From a virus (lineage: Duplodnaviria; Caudoviricetes): DNA of 64,000 bases. Positions 19,971 through 30,288 of the stretch are shown here, piece after piece. Location: positions 1 through 64,000 of IMG/VR virus record IMGVR_UViG_3300046710_000146; one strand, 5' to 3'. Under the pieces are notes generated by a model, which had not been told where the DNA came from, did no database searches, and saw only the letters and a list, made by a program, of their open reading frames with translations. The position numbers were made by a program, and so were the translations under genes. Position 1 is the stretch's first letter. The number at the start of each line of letters is the position of its first letter.

Positions 19971-20459
19971 ATGTTTATTGTCCCTCTTTCCGGAGATAAA
20001 ATCGAAACCCTTGGTGGTGTCACGTACACCGTCTTGTCGTACACGAACTATAAAGATAGCCCAGCCGTGTATGTGCAGGGGGCTGCTGTTGAAACGAAGA
20101 GCATTCCATTTAGTGACATTGCGAAGATCAATAAGATCCCAGTAAAGTTGCTTCCAAGTAAGATCTTCGATGCGCCTACACGGCCAAAAGACCAGCTAAT
20201 GCTACCGCAAAAGAATGACAAGGTGAAACTTGGCCGATTTGTGGTGAAGGTGGATATGTTGAAGCTGAATCAACGTGGTAACCTGGCAGCAGGGCTCTTG
20301 ATTGTTGGTGACAATGTTGAGACGAAAGAACGCGTGACGGCACGAATGTCTGACTTAAGCAGCATTGATCGTGCTGACGGAACAAAAATAACTGACGTGA
20401 CGGCCTTCAAGCGACAGTACCATGATTATCTTGGGTCAAAATCTGTAACCGCCACATGA
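19971..20459 (+). CDS. hypothetical late protein
   Basis: 162-aa ORF downstream of TAAATA. Confidence 0.7.
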   Translation: MFIVPLSGDKIETLGGVTYTVLSYTNYKDSPAVYVQGAAVETKSIPFSDIAKINKIPVKLLPSKIFDAPTRPKDQLMLPQKNDKVKLGRFVVKVDMLKLNQRGNLAAGLLIVGDNVETKERVTARMSDLSSIDRADGTKITDVTAFKRQYHDYLGSKSVTAT

Positions 20460-20659
20460 ATACACTTCTATCTGATCTGAACCAAAATGTGGGCAAGGTT
20501 GCCTGGCAAGCATATACCCTTCGCCATGGAATTGAAACGATTGAGGTCTTGGTGCCTCTTGTACATGCACCAAGGTTTGAACTGCAGATGCGGATGCCGC
20601 ACCCATCTAAACAGGCAGCGCTGGAAACCCTCCGTGGCTGTGGTGGTGAGCTTAAATAA
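20456..20659 (+). CDS. hypothetical protein
   Basis: ATGA overlap. Confidence 0.6.
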   Translation: MNTLLSDLNQNVGKVAWQAYTLRHGIETIEVLVPLVHAPRFELQMRMPHPSKQAALETLRGCGGELK

Positions 20660-20667
20660 GGATCACC

Positions 20668-21510
20668 ATGTCAGTCCCAAATCAACTCTTTTCCAATAAC
20701 GCGACCTCGTTATTGGCAGCGCCAATCTCACAGATCGCGACATCGCTGACCGTGATGGCTGGGTATGGCAGGTTGTTCCCGCAACCTGTTGATCCAGGTG
20801 ATTATTTCCTCGTCACACTTGAGAACCAAGCCGGGAACGCGCGTGAAATTCTAAAGGTCGGTGGTCGATCTGGTGATACGTTCACGAACATCCTTCGTGC
20901 GCAAGAAGGCACCGCTGCGCAGATGTGGACGGCGTCGATGGGAGATGATACTCTCGTTGACCATCGCGTGACAGCCGAGACGATGCGTCAGGCGCTGATG
21001 CAGCCAACCGGCACCACGGGCATCTCTGGGGTGAACATTGAGGACCATGGCCTCGCCGTCCAACCAGCAGCAGTTACACTGAACTTCATTGGGAATGTTG
21101 CGGTCATTGACAACGGCACCTCAAAGGACATTGATATAGGGGCTTTGGTGCAGCCGGCAATTCATGGTGAAACCGTGACCACCCCAGTGCCTGTTCCGGT
21201 TGGTGGAACAATTGGTGTCAATGAAGGCACCTATAGCCAGTACTCACGAGGTTTTAAATTCTACGTGACGCTATACCAACCAACAACTTTCAGATCTGCT
21301 TCATTTGAGGTGATGGCAAATGTTAGCGGTAATCTCTCAACAAATTTAGAAACGGCGTCATTTAGCCGCTACGGCCGCGTTGGGTACAACTTTGCTGGGA
21401 ACGTGGTGATCTCGCTGAACACCGCGCTCAAGCGAATCTCCCTGGCCTGGGAAAATCTAGAGACCACCCCCGTTGAAGCAATGAGCATTCGGATCCAACA
21501 TTTAGGTTGA
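20668..21510 (+). CDS. virion structural / tail-associated protein
   Basis: TAAATA 20653; NNATSLLAA...RAQEGT module typical of tail proteins. Confidence 0.65.
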   Translation: MSVPNQLFSNNATSLLAAPISQIATSLTVMAGYGRLFPQPVDPGDYFLVTLENQAGNAREILKVGGRSGDTFTNILRAQEGTAAQMWTASMGDDTLVDHRVTAETMRQALMQPTGTTGISGVNIEDHGLAVQPAAVTLNFIGNVAVIDNGTSKDIDIGALVQPAIHGETVTTPVPVPVGGTIGVNEGTYSQYSRGFKFYVTLYQPTTFRSASFEVMANVSGNLSTNLETASFSRYGRVGYNFAGNVVISLNTALKRISLAWENLETTPVEAMSIRIQHLG

Positions 21511-21563
21511 GCGAACTAAATACCTGACATATGCTCAGTTGAGCACCTACCAGGAGATTAAAC

Positions 21564-22802
21564 ATGGCTCTCGATTTTTTCCGCATTGAACGTGGCCTTG
21601 AACTTGATGAAAAGGTACAATACCTAACAGGTGCTGGGCTACCAGGTGCTGGCGGTGATTCAGCTGTGGCCCCTGTCGGATCGTTCTATACCGACAACGT
21701 CAATGGCGAGGTGTTCTCAAAGCACAGTGTAGGCACCGGTGTTGACAAATGGGAACGCATCGCCACTGAAGCATACGTGAACAATGCTGTTGGCGCAACA
21801 ATCTCTTGGCGCCAACCAGTCGTAGTGAATGACACGACATCATTGGCTCTCCCTGCAGGGGTGGCTGGTCAACCAGTTGTAGTTGACACGATCTCGATCG
21901 CGAACGGGGACCGTGTTCTTTTTGCAGCCTTGCCAAGCGGTGGTAAGAATGTATACATCTACAATCAGGCCACTGGAACCTTTGCAGAAGATGTAAATCA
22001 AGAAACCAACGGTGATGCGCTATATGTTCAGCAAGGCACTGATGCTGGCAAGCAGTTCGTCTTCAATGGTACTGACTGGGTTCAATCAGCTCAAGCATCA
22101 CTTGATGAGCTTGGTTTCATCCGCACCTTCATTGGCAAGGCAACCGCTGGTGCTGAAACACCAAGCTATGCGTCGAACAACATTGTTCTCGCTGGTACCT
22201 CGCTTGAGGCTGCAGTTGGAGCGCTCGACACGCAAATTGGCGCGACCGTTGCTGGGAACTACATCGCCCTGAATCAAACGGTCTTTGGTGCTGTTACCGC
22301 GCTTGATACCGCAATTGGTGCGAACGTCGTAACTGGGAACTACATTCTCGACACGAATAAAGTCCAAGCAAACATCTCAGCGTTGGACGCCGCAATTGGC
22401 CCAAATGTTTCGAACGGCACATACATTCTTGCCGCAAACAAGGTTCAAGCGAACATCGCGGCCCTCGACGCTGCAGTTGGTATCGCCACGCTGACAACCA
22501 CCGCTACGAACGTCACGACAACCACCACAATCGACACCGCGCCAGTTGGTGCGACGGTTGCTAAGTGGTTCATTCGCTGCGTTCAAGCAGCAGACCCAGC
22601 GAATGTGTATGCGACCGAGGTGTACGCACTTGCAAATGATGCCGTTACAGCATCTGATTTTACACGGTACGGAACCTTGAAGCTTGGTATCAGCATCCCA
22701 GGTCTTGTCATCACAGTAGGCACCAGTGGCGGTGCATTGATCCTGACTGTTGCTGCTGGTGCTGGCGTGAATGTCACAGCCCGTCGCGCATCGGTTATCT
22801 AA
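21564..22802 (+). CDS. virion fibre/structural protein with ALD(T/A)AIG helical repeats
   Basis: TAAATA 21517, AGGAG SD, four ALDxxIG/VG repeats, terminator downstream. Confidence 0.7.
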   Translation: MALDFFRIERGLELDEKVQYLTGAGLPGAGGDSAVAPVGSFYTDNVNGEVFSKHSVGTGVDKWERIATEAYVNNAVGATISWRQPVVVNDTTSLALPAGVAGQPVVVDTISIANGDRVLFAALPSGGKNVYIYNQATGTFAEDVNQETNGDALYVQQGTDAGKQFVFNGTDWVQSAQASLDELGFIRTFIGKATAGAETPSYASNNIVLAGTSLEAAVGALDTQIGATVAGNYIALNQTVFGAVTALDTAIGANVVTGNYILDTNKVQANISALDAAIGPNVSNGTYILAANKVQANIAALDAAVGIATLTTTATNVTTTTTIDTAPVGATVAKWFIRCVQAADPANVYATEVYALANDAVTASDFTRYGTLKLGISIPGLVITVGTSGGALILTVAAGAGVNVTARRASVI

Positions 22803-22822
22803 GTCTTCGGGCCTATAGAATG

Positions 22823-22846
22823 AAATGAGCCTTCGGGCTCATTTTT
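22823..22846 (+). terminator. intrinsic terminator with cUUCGg loop
   Basis: AAATGAGCC-TTCG-GGCTCATTT then TT. Confidence 0.85.
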
Positions 22847-22906
22847 AGTTTCTGGAAGCATCTGCAGCAAGTCATAAATAGTTGAACAACATTAGGCGAG
22901 TACTCT

Positions 22907-25900
22907 GTGGCAAATTTCACCGACGCATTTTATCCTGAGAATGGTATCAACCTTGATGATCTGGTTGGTATCTTCGCTGGCAGCGCAGACCCAACCGCAG
23001 GTCTTGGAGAAGCTGCACCTGTGGGATCCCTCTATCTTCGTTCCAATGGTGAGCTATGGTCCAAGACTGGGGCCTTGGACCTTAACTGGACGAAGTTCGA
23101 CTTAACTGGTGGCGGATCAGTTACATCAATCAGCACAGCACAGCCCACCGAGGGCCTCACAATTACGGGCTCTCCAATCACTACTGCCGGCACGCTCGTA
23201 TTCACGCTCGCAAATGACTTGGCCGCTGTTGAAGGTCTTGCTGGAACCGGTTTTACGGTTCGCTCAGGTGTTGATACCTGGGCAACGCGTGTGCTCACTC
23301 AACCAGCGGCTGGCTTTACGATTGCAAACAACACTGGCACTGGTGGTAATCCAACTTTTGCCCTCGCAAATGACTTGGCCGCCGTTGAAGACCTTGCTGG
23401 AACTGGTTTTGCGGTTCGCACCACAGCCGACACCTGGGTACAGCGCGCAGTTTCCGGCGCAACTAATCAAATTGCGGTCACCAATGGTGATGGGGTTGCT
23501 GGTAATCCAACGATTGGTCTTGCGCCCATTGGTGTGCTTGGCACGTATTCACGAGTAACCACCGATTTGTATGGTCGCGTAATTTCAGGTGATGCCATCC
23601 AAGCAACTGACACTGGCGGCACGGGCTTAGCCGGTATTGGCGCCGCTAATCAGGTGCTTGGGGTAAATCTTGCAGGTACGGCACTCGAATATAAGACGGT
23701 CATCGCTGGAGTTGGCATCGACGTGGTGCCAACCGCCGGCACCTGGACAATCTCAGCCGTAAATCTTGGCACCGTTACCTCCGTGGCTGCAGTTGGGTCG
23801 GCCGGGCTGACAGTTGGTGGGTCTCCAATCACTTCCACTGGAACCCTCACGTTCACGCTTAGCCCTGAGCTTGAAGGAATGTCATCAGTTGGTGCAGTTG
23901 GTATTATCACCCGCACCGCAGCTGGTAACTATACTGCCCGCACCCTTGCAGCACCAGCTGCAGGAATCACAATCACCAACCCTGCTGGTACTGCAGGGGA
24001 CCCAACCCTTGCGCTGGCAAATGACCTTGAGGCGTTAGAGGGTCTTGCCGGAACCGGCTTTGCTGTTCGCACCGCTGCAGATACGTGGGCGCAACGTACA
24101 ATTGCCGGCACCGCGGGAAATATCATGGTCACGAATGGTGACGGGGTTGCTGGTGATCCAACGCTAGATCTCATCACGGCTGGTACGGCTGGTACGTACG
24201 GCGCCGTTACGACCGACACCTTTGGGCGTGTTACCGCTGGTACTGTAGTTGCGCCGATCGTGAACGGTGGCACTGGGCTTGGCGCGCTTGGAACTGCAAA
24301 CCAACTTGTCAGTGTGAACTTGGCTGGCACCGCGCTTGAGTACCGCACAATCACTACAGGCACTGGTATCAGTGCCACCTCATCAGCCGGGGGTCTTGCA
24401 CTTGCAAATACTGGCGTGACCTCTGTAGTTGGCACGACTAATCAGGTCATCGTATCAGGTGGAACTGGTGCAGTTACGTTCTCACTGCCGCAGAGCATTA
24501 ATTCTACCAGCACCCCTACATTTGCTCAGATCAATGTTCTGTCGAATCCAACCTCTGCCCTACAGCTAGCTACCAAGCAGTATGTTGACGCATTTTCAAG
24601 TGGACTGATCTGGGTCGAACCAATCGTGGCAAATGGGCTGTTAAGCGACTCGTTAACTGCGCCACCTGGAACACCATCAGCACATGATGCATACATTGTT
24701 CCACCTGGGGCAACTGGCGCGTGGGCTGGTCTGACAGGGCGCATTGTAGAATACAGTGGTGCGATGTGGGTAGACTTAGGGGCAGCTACTAATTCTCGCT
24801 TGGGTATTGCTCTGGAAAGCGGCACACCAAGCGGGCCCTTCACCGGCAAGAGAAATCAGATCGTAACCGTAACTGGAACCTATCCTTACACGTACTCATA
24901 CTACCTGCCAGTTGGTAGTAATGCGGTGTTGGTGAACAACCAATTATCTTTGGATGCATACCACCAGTATGCATATAATGCAGGTTCTGCAGTATGGGTT
25001 GAGTTCGCAGGCCCAGCAACATATCAGGCTGGAACTGGTATCCTGCTGTCGGCGAATGCGATCAGCATAGCAAACACTGGAATTGCCGCTGGCACGTACA
25101 ACAGTCTGACAATCAATCAGCAAGGGCAGGCAACTGCTGGTTCAAATATTGCGTATCTAACTGCTAATCAATCAATCACCCTTACCGGTGATGTAACTGG
25201 TACAGGTACAACTTCTATTGATACGACGTTGTCAAACACTGGTGTGGTTGCTGGCACATACCGATCGGTCACCATTGATACGAAAGGTCGTGTCATTGCG
25301 GCAACAAATCCAGCAGTCGTTACATCAGTTGGTCTCGCGCTGCCATCAATCTTTACTGTTACCGGATCACCGGTAACGACCGCTGGAACTCTCACCGGCA
25401 CCCTGGCAACTCAGGCGAACAACACGCTCTTTGCAGGGCCGACCACTGCTGGGCCAGCAGTTCCAGCCTTCCGCACGATCTCAATGGCGCAGGGCGATCT
25501 CGCCGATGTGCTGTTGACTGCACCAACTTCTAATCAAGTTCTAACGTACAACTCTGGCTCAAGCAAGTGGGTGAATAGTTCTACCAGCGTGAACAGCGCA
25601 TCTGGGTTGATTGGTGTTGGCCAGGCAGGCGCAGCTCTGTGGGTGATTGCATCTGGTACCCGCTATCGTGCTGACTTTGCTCATAATCTTGGCACGACGA
25701 ACGTCGTTGTTTCATTATTTGATGTTTCAAATAACCAACTGATCGCGGCAGATAGCATCGTTCTTACGGATACGAACACGGTACGTGTTACAGTCATTGG
25801 GAACACCCGCACCCTGAAGGTCGTCGTTGTTGCGAACATTAGTTCTCTCGCCGCCTCTCCAGTAGGTGTGATCCTCGCGCAAGGTGGTACGAACGTTGCA

Positions 25901-26614
25901 ACCTCAATTAATCGATTGAACTTCATCGGCGCTAACGTTATTGACGCTGGTGGTGGCACTGGAAATATCACAGTTACCGCTGCTGCGTCATTAGCGACTG
26001 CTAAGGATGGTGCCACGGTTGGCACCGCGGTTAGCAAGTTGAACTGGCAGGGGAATGCGTTCTCCGTTACCGACGCAGGTGGTGGTCAAACAAACATCGT
26101 GTTCACTGGCCTAACGAATGCACGGTTTTCGTACTTTGCGAACTCATTGGATACTCCAACGAACACTGACTTCGTGATCACCGGGATTGCGCCAGCCACG
26201 ACTGATCCTACGTACAATGCTATGACCGTACGATCATTCAGCAACACCGTTGAACAGGGCGTTGCCTTCAGCGTTTCTATTCCAGCCGGCGCCACGACCG
26301 TTACGGTCAAAACTCGCGGGCGTGCACAGACAGCACCAGGCGCAGCATCAGTTGTTCAACCTCGTTTGTACTACCGTAGGTTCCCAAATAATGCTGCACC
26401 AACCGCCTGGTCTGGGGCGCAGGAACTCGTGAACATCGCGATTCCAACAAATGCATTCTTTCAGTATGCTTCACAAACGATTGCACTGAGCACGCTTGGT
26501 CTAACGGCCGATAATCTGTATCAATTTGAGTACACACGCCGAGTTGCAGGAGTAACTGGTACGAACCTTGCGTCAAACTTTCTACTCGCTGAAATCACAT
26601 TGGAGTTTGCTTAA
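22907..26614 (+). CDS. long tail fibre protein (1235 aa)
   Basis: Gly/Thr/Ala-rich; 3x LANDL.A.E.LAGTGF.VR...DTW; 4x GTY..VT.D..GRV; ATKQYVD; TAAATA 22875. Confidence 0.8.
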   Translation: MANFTDAFYPENGINLDDLVGIFAGSADPTAGLGEAAPVGSLYLRSNGELWSKTGALDLNWTKFDLTGGGSVTSISTAQPTEGLTITGSPITTAGTLVFTLANDLAAVEGLAGTGFTVRSGVDTWATRVLTQPAAGFTIANNTGTGGNPTFALANDLAAVEDLAGTGFAVRTTADTWVQRAVSGATNQIAVTNGDGVAGNPTIGLAPIGVLGTYSRVTTDLYGRVISGDAIQATDTGGTGLAGIGAANQVLGVNLAGTALEYKTVIAGVGIDVVPTAGTWTISAVNLGTVTSVAAVGSAGLTVGGSPITSTGTLTFTLSPELEGMSSVGAVGIITRTAAGNYTARTLAAPAAGITITNPAGTAGDPTLALANDLEALEGLAGTGFAVRTAADTWAQRTIAGTAGNIMVTNGDGVAGDPTLDLITAGTAGTYGAVTTDTFGRVTAGTVVAPIVNGGTGLGALGTANQLVSVNLAGTALEYRTITTGTGISATSSAGGLALANTGVTSVVGTTNQVIVSGGTGAVTFSLPQSINSTSTPTFAQINVLSNPTSALQLATKQYVDAFSSGLIWVEPIVANGLLSDSLTAPPGTPSAHDAYIVPPGATGAWAGLTGRIVEYSGAMWVDLGAATNSRLGIALESGTPSGPFTGKRNQIVTVTGTYPYTYSYYLPVGSNAVLVNNQLSLDAYHQYAYNAGSAVWVEFAGPATYQAGTGILLSANAISIANTGIAAGTYNSLTINQQGQATAGSNIAYLTANQSITLTGDVTGTGTTSIDTTLSNTGVVAGTYRSVTIDTKGRVIAATNPAVVTSVGLALPSIFTVTGSPVTTAGTLTGTLATQANNTLFAGPTTAGPAVPAFRTISMAQGDLADVLLTAPTSNQVLTYNSGSSKWVNSSTSVNSASGLIGVGQAGAALWVIASGTRYRADFAHNLGTTNVVVSLFDVSNNQLIAADSIVLTDTNTVRVTVIGNTRTLKVVVVANISSLAASPVGVILAQGGTNVATSINRLNFIGANVIDAGGGTGNITVTAAASLATAKDGATVGTAVSKLNWQGNAFSVTDAGGGQTNIVFTGLTNARFSYFANSLDTPTNTDFVITGIAPATTDPTYNAMTVRSFSNTVEQGVAFSVSIPAGATTVTVKTRGRAQTAPGAASVVQPRLYYRRFPNNAAPTAWSGAQELVNIAIPTNAFFQYASQTIALSTLGLTADNLYQFEYTRRVAGVTGTNLASNFLLAEITLEFA

Positions 26615-27333
26615 TGGCAATCCTTACAACGGCGACTGACATCCATCTACGCTCTAGTTCAGCGATGGGGCAGTTAGCCCGCGCACCGTTCAGTGTTACC
26701 GTCTGGCTTAATGGAATTTGGAATCCAGGATCTCGACGCTCATTCGTTGGTATCTACGGTCCAGCAACTGACGTACCACTCGCAACCCCAATTACAGCAA
26801 TGCAGATTGGGACATCTACTGGCGTAGGAGAGCTCACTTTTTGGACTTGGGGCGGTGGCACGCTAACTGGCACGGCCACCGGGGTGATGACGGCGTACAA
26901 CAACCTATGGGTGCATGTGACGTACACGTATGACGGCACGAACCACCGTGGTTATGTAAACGGGGTACAGGTTTGCACATCCACAACAACTCAACTTGCT
27001 GGGTACCTTAATCAGGTGTATGTGAACGGCTATCCTGGTGGTGGCATAAATGAAGTTGCGGTGTATCAATGCGACTCGTACGCGTTCTATGGGCGCACGC
27101 TATCACCAGATGAGGTTCTTACGATCTACACAACGCGTGGTGCTAGGCACGGAATTGGGGGTGCTTTGTTGACTAAATATGAATTCGATGAACTACCCCA
27201 AGGTGCTACCGTCATAGCTATTCCTGATTTTTCAGGAACTGGAAACATCTTAACCCCAGTTGGCGCAGGTGCTGCAATACAGTACACGTATACAGATACC
27301 TCCACCAACGCAAACATTCGACCGGTGCAATAA
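26614..27333 (+). CDS. LamG/concanavalin-A-like lectin domain protein (fibre-associated)
   Basis: FSVTVW, WVHVTYTYDG...YVNG and YGRTLSPDEV. Confidence 0.8.
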   Translation: MAILTTATDIHLRSSSAMGQLARAPFSVTVWLNGIWNPGSRRSFVGIYGPATDVPLATPITAMQIGTSTGVGELTFWTWGGGTLTGTATGVMTAYNNLWVHVTYTYDGTNHRGYVNGVQVCTSTTTQLAGYLNQVYVNGYPGGGINEVAVYQCDSYAFYGRTLSPDEVLTIYTTRGARHGIGGALLTKYEFDELPQGATVIAIPDFSGTGNILTPVGAGAAIQYTYTDTSTNANIRPVQ

Positions 27334-27334
27334 C

Positions 27335-28642
27335 ATGTCAGAAGTCCTCGGTAAAATCTCCTTTCTAGACATTCCTGATGTGAATGGCGTGAATGTGTTC
27401 CTAAACGCAGGGAACACCCCAAGCTTGCTTGCGGATATTCTCGCAAATCGACCATCGCCTGGTACCGTCGGACGTCTGTTCGTTGATACCACGAACAATG
27501 TGCTTCAACGCGATACTGGGTCACTCTGGGTAAACATCAGCTCAGCGCTCCCAGCAGACCCTACCACCGCTGTGCAGTTCAACAACGCTGGCGCATTTGG
27601 GGCTTCTTCGTTCTTTACGTGGAGCACTGCAACGAACTCGCTCCGAATCAACAACGGCACTCCTGGGCTCCAGCTCAATCTCGGCGGCAACACTGATCCT
27701 GGTACTGCTTCGCTGTACTGTGAGGTTGCCACAACAGGCGTTGATATTGAGGCGCAACGCACGTACTTCAACCGTGGGATAGTGGCGAATAGCGCTTGGA
27801 TTACCCATGGCTATGATGGAACCGCTCCATATACCCGTCTGCTTGATGGCGATCATAACCCATCGTATATTAGCTTTGCAACATTAGGGACCGGGTCATA
27901 TGTGACACCGGAGTTCACGAACACCTTTGGGACGAAGGGTACCACAGCTGTCGCTACAGATGGCTTCTCATGGAAGACGAATGGAACTGAGATTGCCACG
28001 CTTGACAGTGCCGCATTCTTGCAACCACGAGGTACGACCGCCCAGCGCCCAGTGCCGCCAGTTCCAGGCATGACGCGGTATAACAGCACCCTTGAGGCTG
28101 GAGAGACATATCAAGCAACTAGTTGGGTGCAGCATGTCGGCATCCTTGCTAAGAGCGTTGTTTCACAGAGCATCACCGTTGCTGGTGGTGGGGCACTAAT
28201 CAACACTGTAATTCCGGGTGGCACACTCGGCACCAACCGAATGCTGCGCATTCGCACCGCTGGGTACTTCATAAACGGCTCGGGCGCGAACCGAACAATC
28301 ACCATCGGGGTTGTTTATGGTGGCACCACAATGTGGCAGGACACCTCGACAAATGTCACCAACAATGGGGTTGTTGGGTGGAACATTGACTTGATCTTGG
28401 CGTCTAATAACTCGGTGTCCTCACAGACATTGAACGGGTTGATTCAGATTGGTGCCGCGGGTAATCAAACAACCGGTATCACTGGTGATCTAGTCACCGA
28501 TGAAATTACTAGTCAAGCAATTTTAACTGGCTCGTCTGCGGTGAACAGCAACAACGATCAAACCCTACTTGTGGATCTGGTCGCTCTTAGTGGAAATGGT
28601 ACCATATTCACGCAGAATTTCTACTACATTGAGGTCCTCTGA
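27335..28642 (+). CDS. tail fibre / receptor-binding protein
   Basis: VQFNNAGAFG and PRGTTAQRP...GMTRYN motifs. Confidence 0.7.
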   Translation: MSEVLGKISFLDIPDVNGVNVFLNAGNTPSLLADILANRPSPGTVGRLFVDTTNNVLQRDTGSLWVNISSALPADPTTAVQFNNAGAFGASSFFTWSTATNSLRINNGTPGLQLNLGGNTDPGTASLYCEVATTGVDIEAQRTYFNRGIVANSAWITHGYDGTAPYTRLLDGDHNPSYISFATLGTGSYVTPEFTNTFGTKGTTAVATDGFSWKTNGTEIATLDSAAFLQPRGTTAQRPVPPVPGMTRYNSTLEAGETYQATSWVQHVGILAKSVVSQSITVAGGGALINTVIPGGTLGTNRMLRIRTAGYFINGSGANRTITIGVVYGGTTMWQDTSTNVTNNGVVGWNIDLILASNNSVSSQTLNGLIQIGAAGNQTTGITGDLVTDEITSQAILTGSSAVNSNNDQTLLVDLVALSGNGTIFTQNFYYIEVL

Positions 28643-29208
28643 TGACTGTTCCTGCATATAATAAAGTTACGCGTGCTTGGGTTAGCACTGAAGACGGTTC
28701 CGAGCTTACCCCTCCTGAAAACTGGATCATCAATCCATTGTTCGTTGATGAGGCCTTCGCTCGTGAAATTGGTCCAAACTATTGGACATTCAGCGGGAAT
28801 ACAATCAACACGCCAACGCGGGCCGAATATGCCGCGCTGAAGAAGCAAGAACATCAACTTGAAGTTTGGAAACAAATTCAGGCTGAGCGTGATCGTCGAC
28901 AAGCTGCTGGTGTCCTAGTTGGAACCAAGTGGTTCCATACCGATCAAACCTCACGAATCCAGTATCTTGGATTGATGATATATGGCGCAAACATGCCATC
29001 AACCATCATGTGGAAGACAATGTCCGGTGAATTTGTTCAGATGACACCGACCCTTGCTCAACAAATTTTTGCGACAATTGCTGCTAAAGATACTGCAATT
29101 TTCACGGTAGCCGAACAACGAAGAGTGTTGATGGAAGCGGCCGCGTCGCCATTAGATTACGACTATTTGACTGGCGACCCTGCGTGGCCAGCCGTGTACG
29201 GAGAATAA
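28642..29208 (+). CDS. tail fibre assembly-type protein (DUF4376-like)
   Basis: IQAERDRR..GV.VG.KWFHTD..SR and WKTMSG.FV. Confidence 0.75.
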   Translation: MTVPAYNKVTRAWVSTEDGSELTPPENWIINPLFVDEAFAREIGPNYWTFSGNTINTPTRAEYAALKKQEHQLEVWKQIQAERDRRQAAGVLVGTKWFHTDQTSRIQYLGLMIYGANMPSTIMWKTMSGEFVQMTPTLAQQIFATIAAKDTAIFTVAEQRRVLMEAAASPLDYDYLTGDPAWPAVYGE

Positions 29209-29209
29209 G

Positions 29210-29848
29210 ATGTTCAAAAAACTCATCACTACGGTTGTTCTCTTCATTGGTAAGATTCATTGGCGAACAACCAGCAAAATTTCGGCTGAAGATCAAGAAA
29301 AGATACGAGCGTTGTTAGTTGACAACTACTTTATTATTCTGACGCACCGAAACAATCATCTCAGCACGTACTTTACGGCCCTAGCAGATCTGTTCTTAAT
29401 GGGCAAGTTCAGCTATTGGTCGCACGCGCTTATGAATCTTGAAGATGAGGTAACTACCACCGCGGACTTTAGACTCGTAAAGATGTCAGGTGATCGTGAG
29501 CTCATTGAGGCCACTGGCAGCGGTGTTCATATGACGCCATTTGAGCAGGTATTTGATGTGCATGGGGTAGTGCTGTTAAAACCAAAATGCATGACCCTGG
29601 ATGAATGGACGGGGGTGCTTGATGTCGCGAAGACTCAACTTGGCAAGCCATATGACTCGCTGTTCGACATTGCTGATAGTTCAGCATTATCCTGCGTTGA
29701 GTTGGTCAGAGTGATCCTTCAGAGCCGGCCTAAATACACTGAGGAATTCATGAACTTTGAAACAATGATCATGAAGTACAAAAATCTGAGCCCGCAGATG
29801 TACTACGACTGTGGTGATTTTGAAGTGGTATTTGAAACGCGAATCTAA
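29210..29848 (+). CDS. permuted papain-like NlpC/P60 (YiiX/YebB-like) enzyme
   Basis: WSHA precedes LIEA and LGKPYD...SCVELV (His before Cys). Confidence 0.8.
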   Translation: MFKKLITTVVLFIGKIHWRTTSKISAEDQEKIRALLVDNYFIILTHRNNHLSTYFTALADLFLMGKFSYWSHALMNLEDEVTTTADFRLVKMSGDRELIEATGSGVHMTPFEQVFDVHGVVLLKPKCMTLDEWTGVLDVAKTQLGKPYDSLFDIADSSALSCVELVRVILQSRPKYTEEFMNFETMIMKYKNLSPQMYYDCGDFEVVFETRI

Positions 29849-30288
29849 TGGCAATCAACGGCTGCACAATTGACGGGTTCACCCTGCATGGGTTCAAGTG
29901 CAGGGATAAGTTTTCGGCGCTCATTCCAATTCTACATCCAGCGGTGCAACCATCTAAGGGAGCGGGACAGGGTGGTTGGTTCCAAGGTCAAGGGCATGCG
30001 GCGTCTCGCCAACGGTGGGAGCAACCGGAGGTACCAAAGAACCTGCCGACCGAGCTCGAACGGATCACGATCACAGCTTCATTCCAGGGTGTTCTTGGAA
30101 CGGCCACACAGGAAATCACGCCGCGGCTGGACCTGGTTACCGTCACCGATATCCACGTGAACCCAATAATGGTCAGCGTAAATATCGAGAACTTCAGTGT
30201 TCACCAAGACCCTAATTGGCAAATGATCAGCGTAAATATCGAGAACTTCAAAGTGAATCAAGATGCTAAGTCTATCAACAAGCAATAA
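29848..30288 (+). CDS. hypothetical protein with duplicated M.SVNIENF
   Basis: TAATG overlap. Confidence 0.65.
   Translation: MAINGCTIDGFTLHGFKCRDKFSALIPILHPAVQPSKGAGQGGWFQGQGHAASRQRWEQPEVPKNLPTELERITITASFQGVLGTATQEITPRLDLVTVTDIHVNPIMVSVNIENFSVHQDPNWQMISVNIENFKVNQDAKSINKQ
30173..30250 (+). repeat. 24-bp direct repeat x2 (54-bp period), each copy containing TAAATA
   Basis: TCAGCGTAAATATCGAGAACTTCA at 30173 and 30227. Confidence 0.85.

Noticed and set aside
22907-28642. Diversity-generating retroelement target
   Set aside because: No reverse transcriptase and no repeat pair differing only at adenines; the repeats are ordinary fibre modules.
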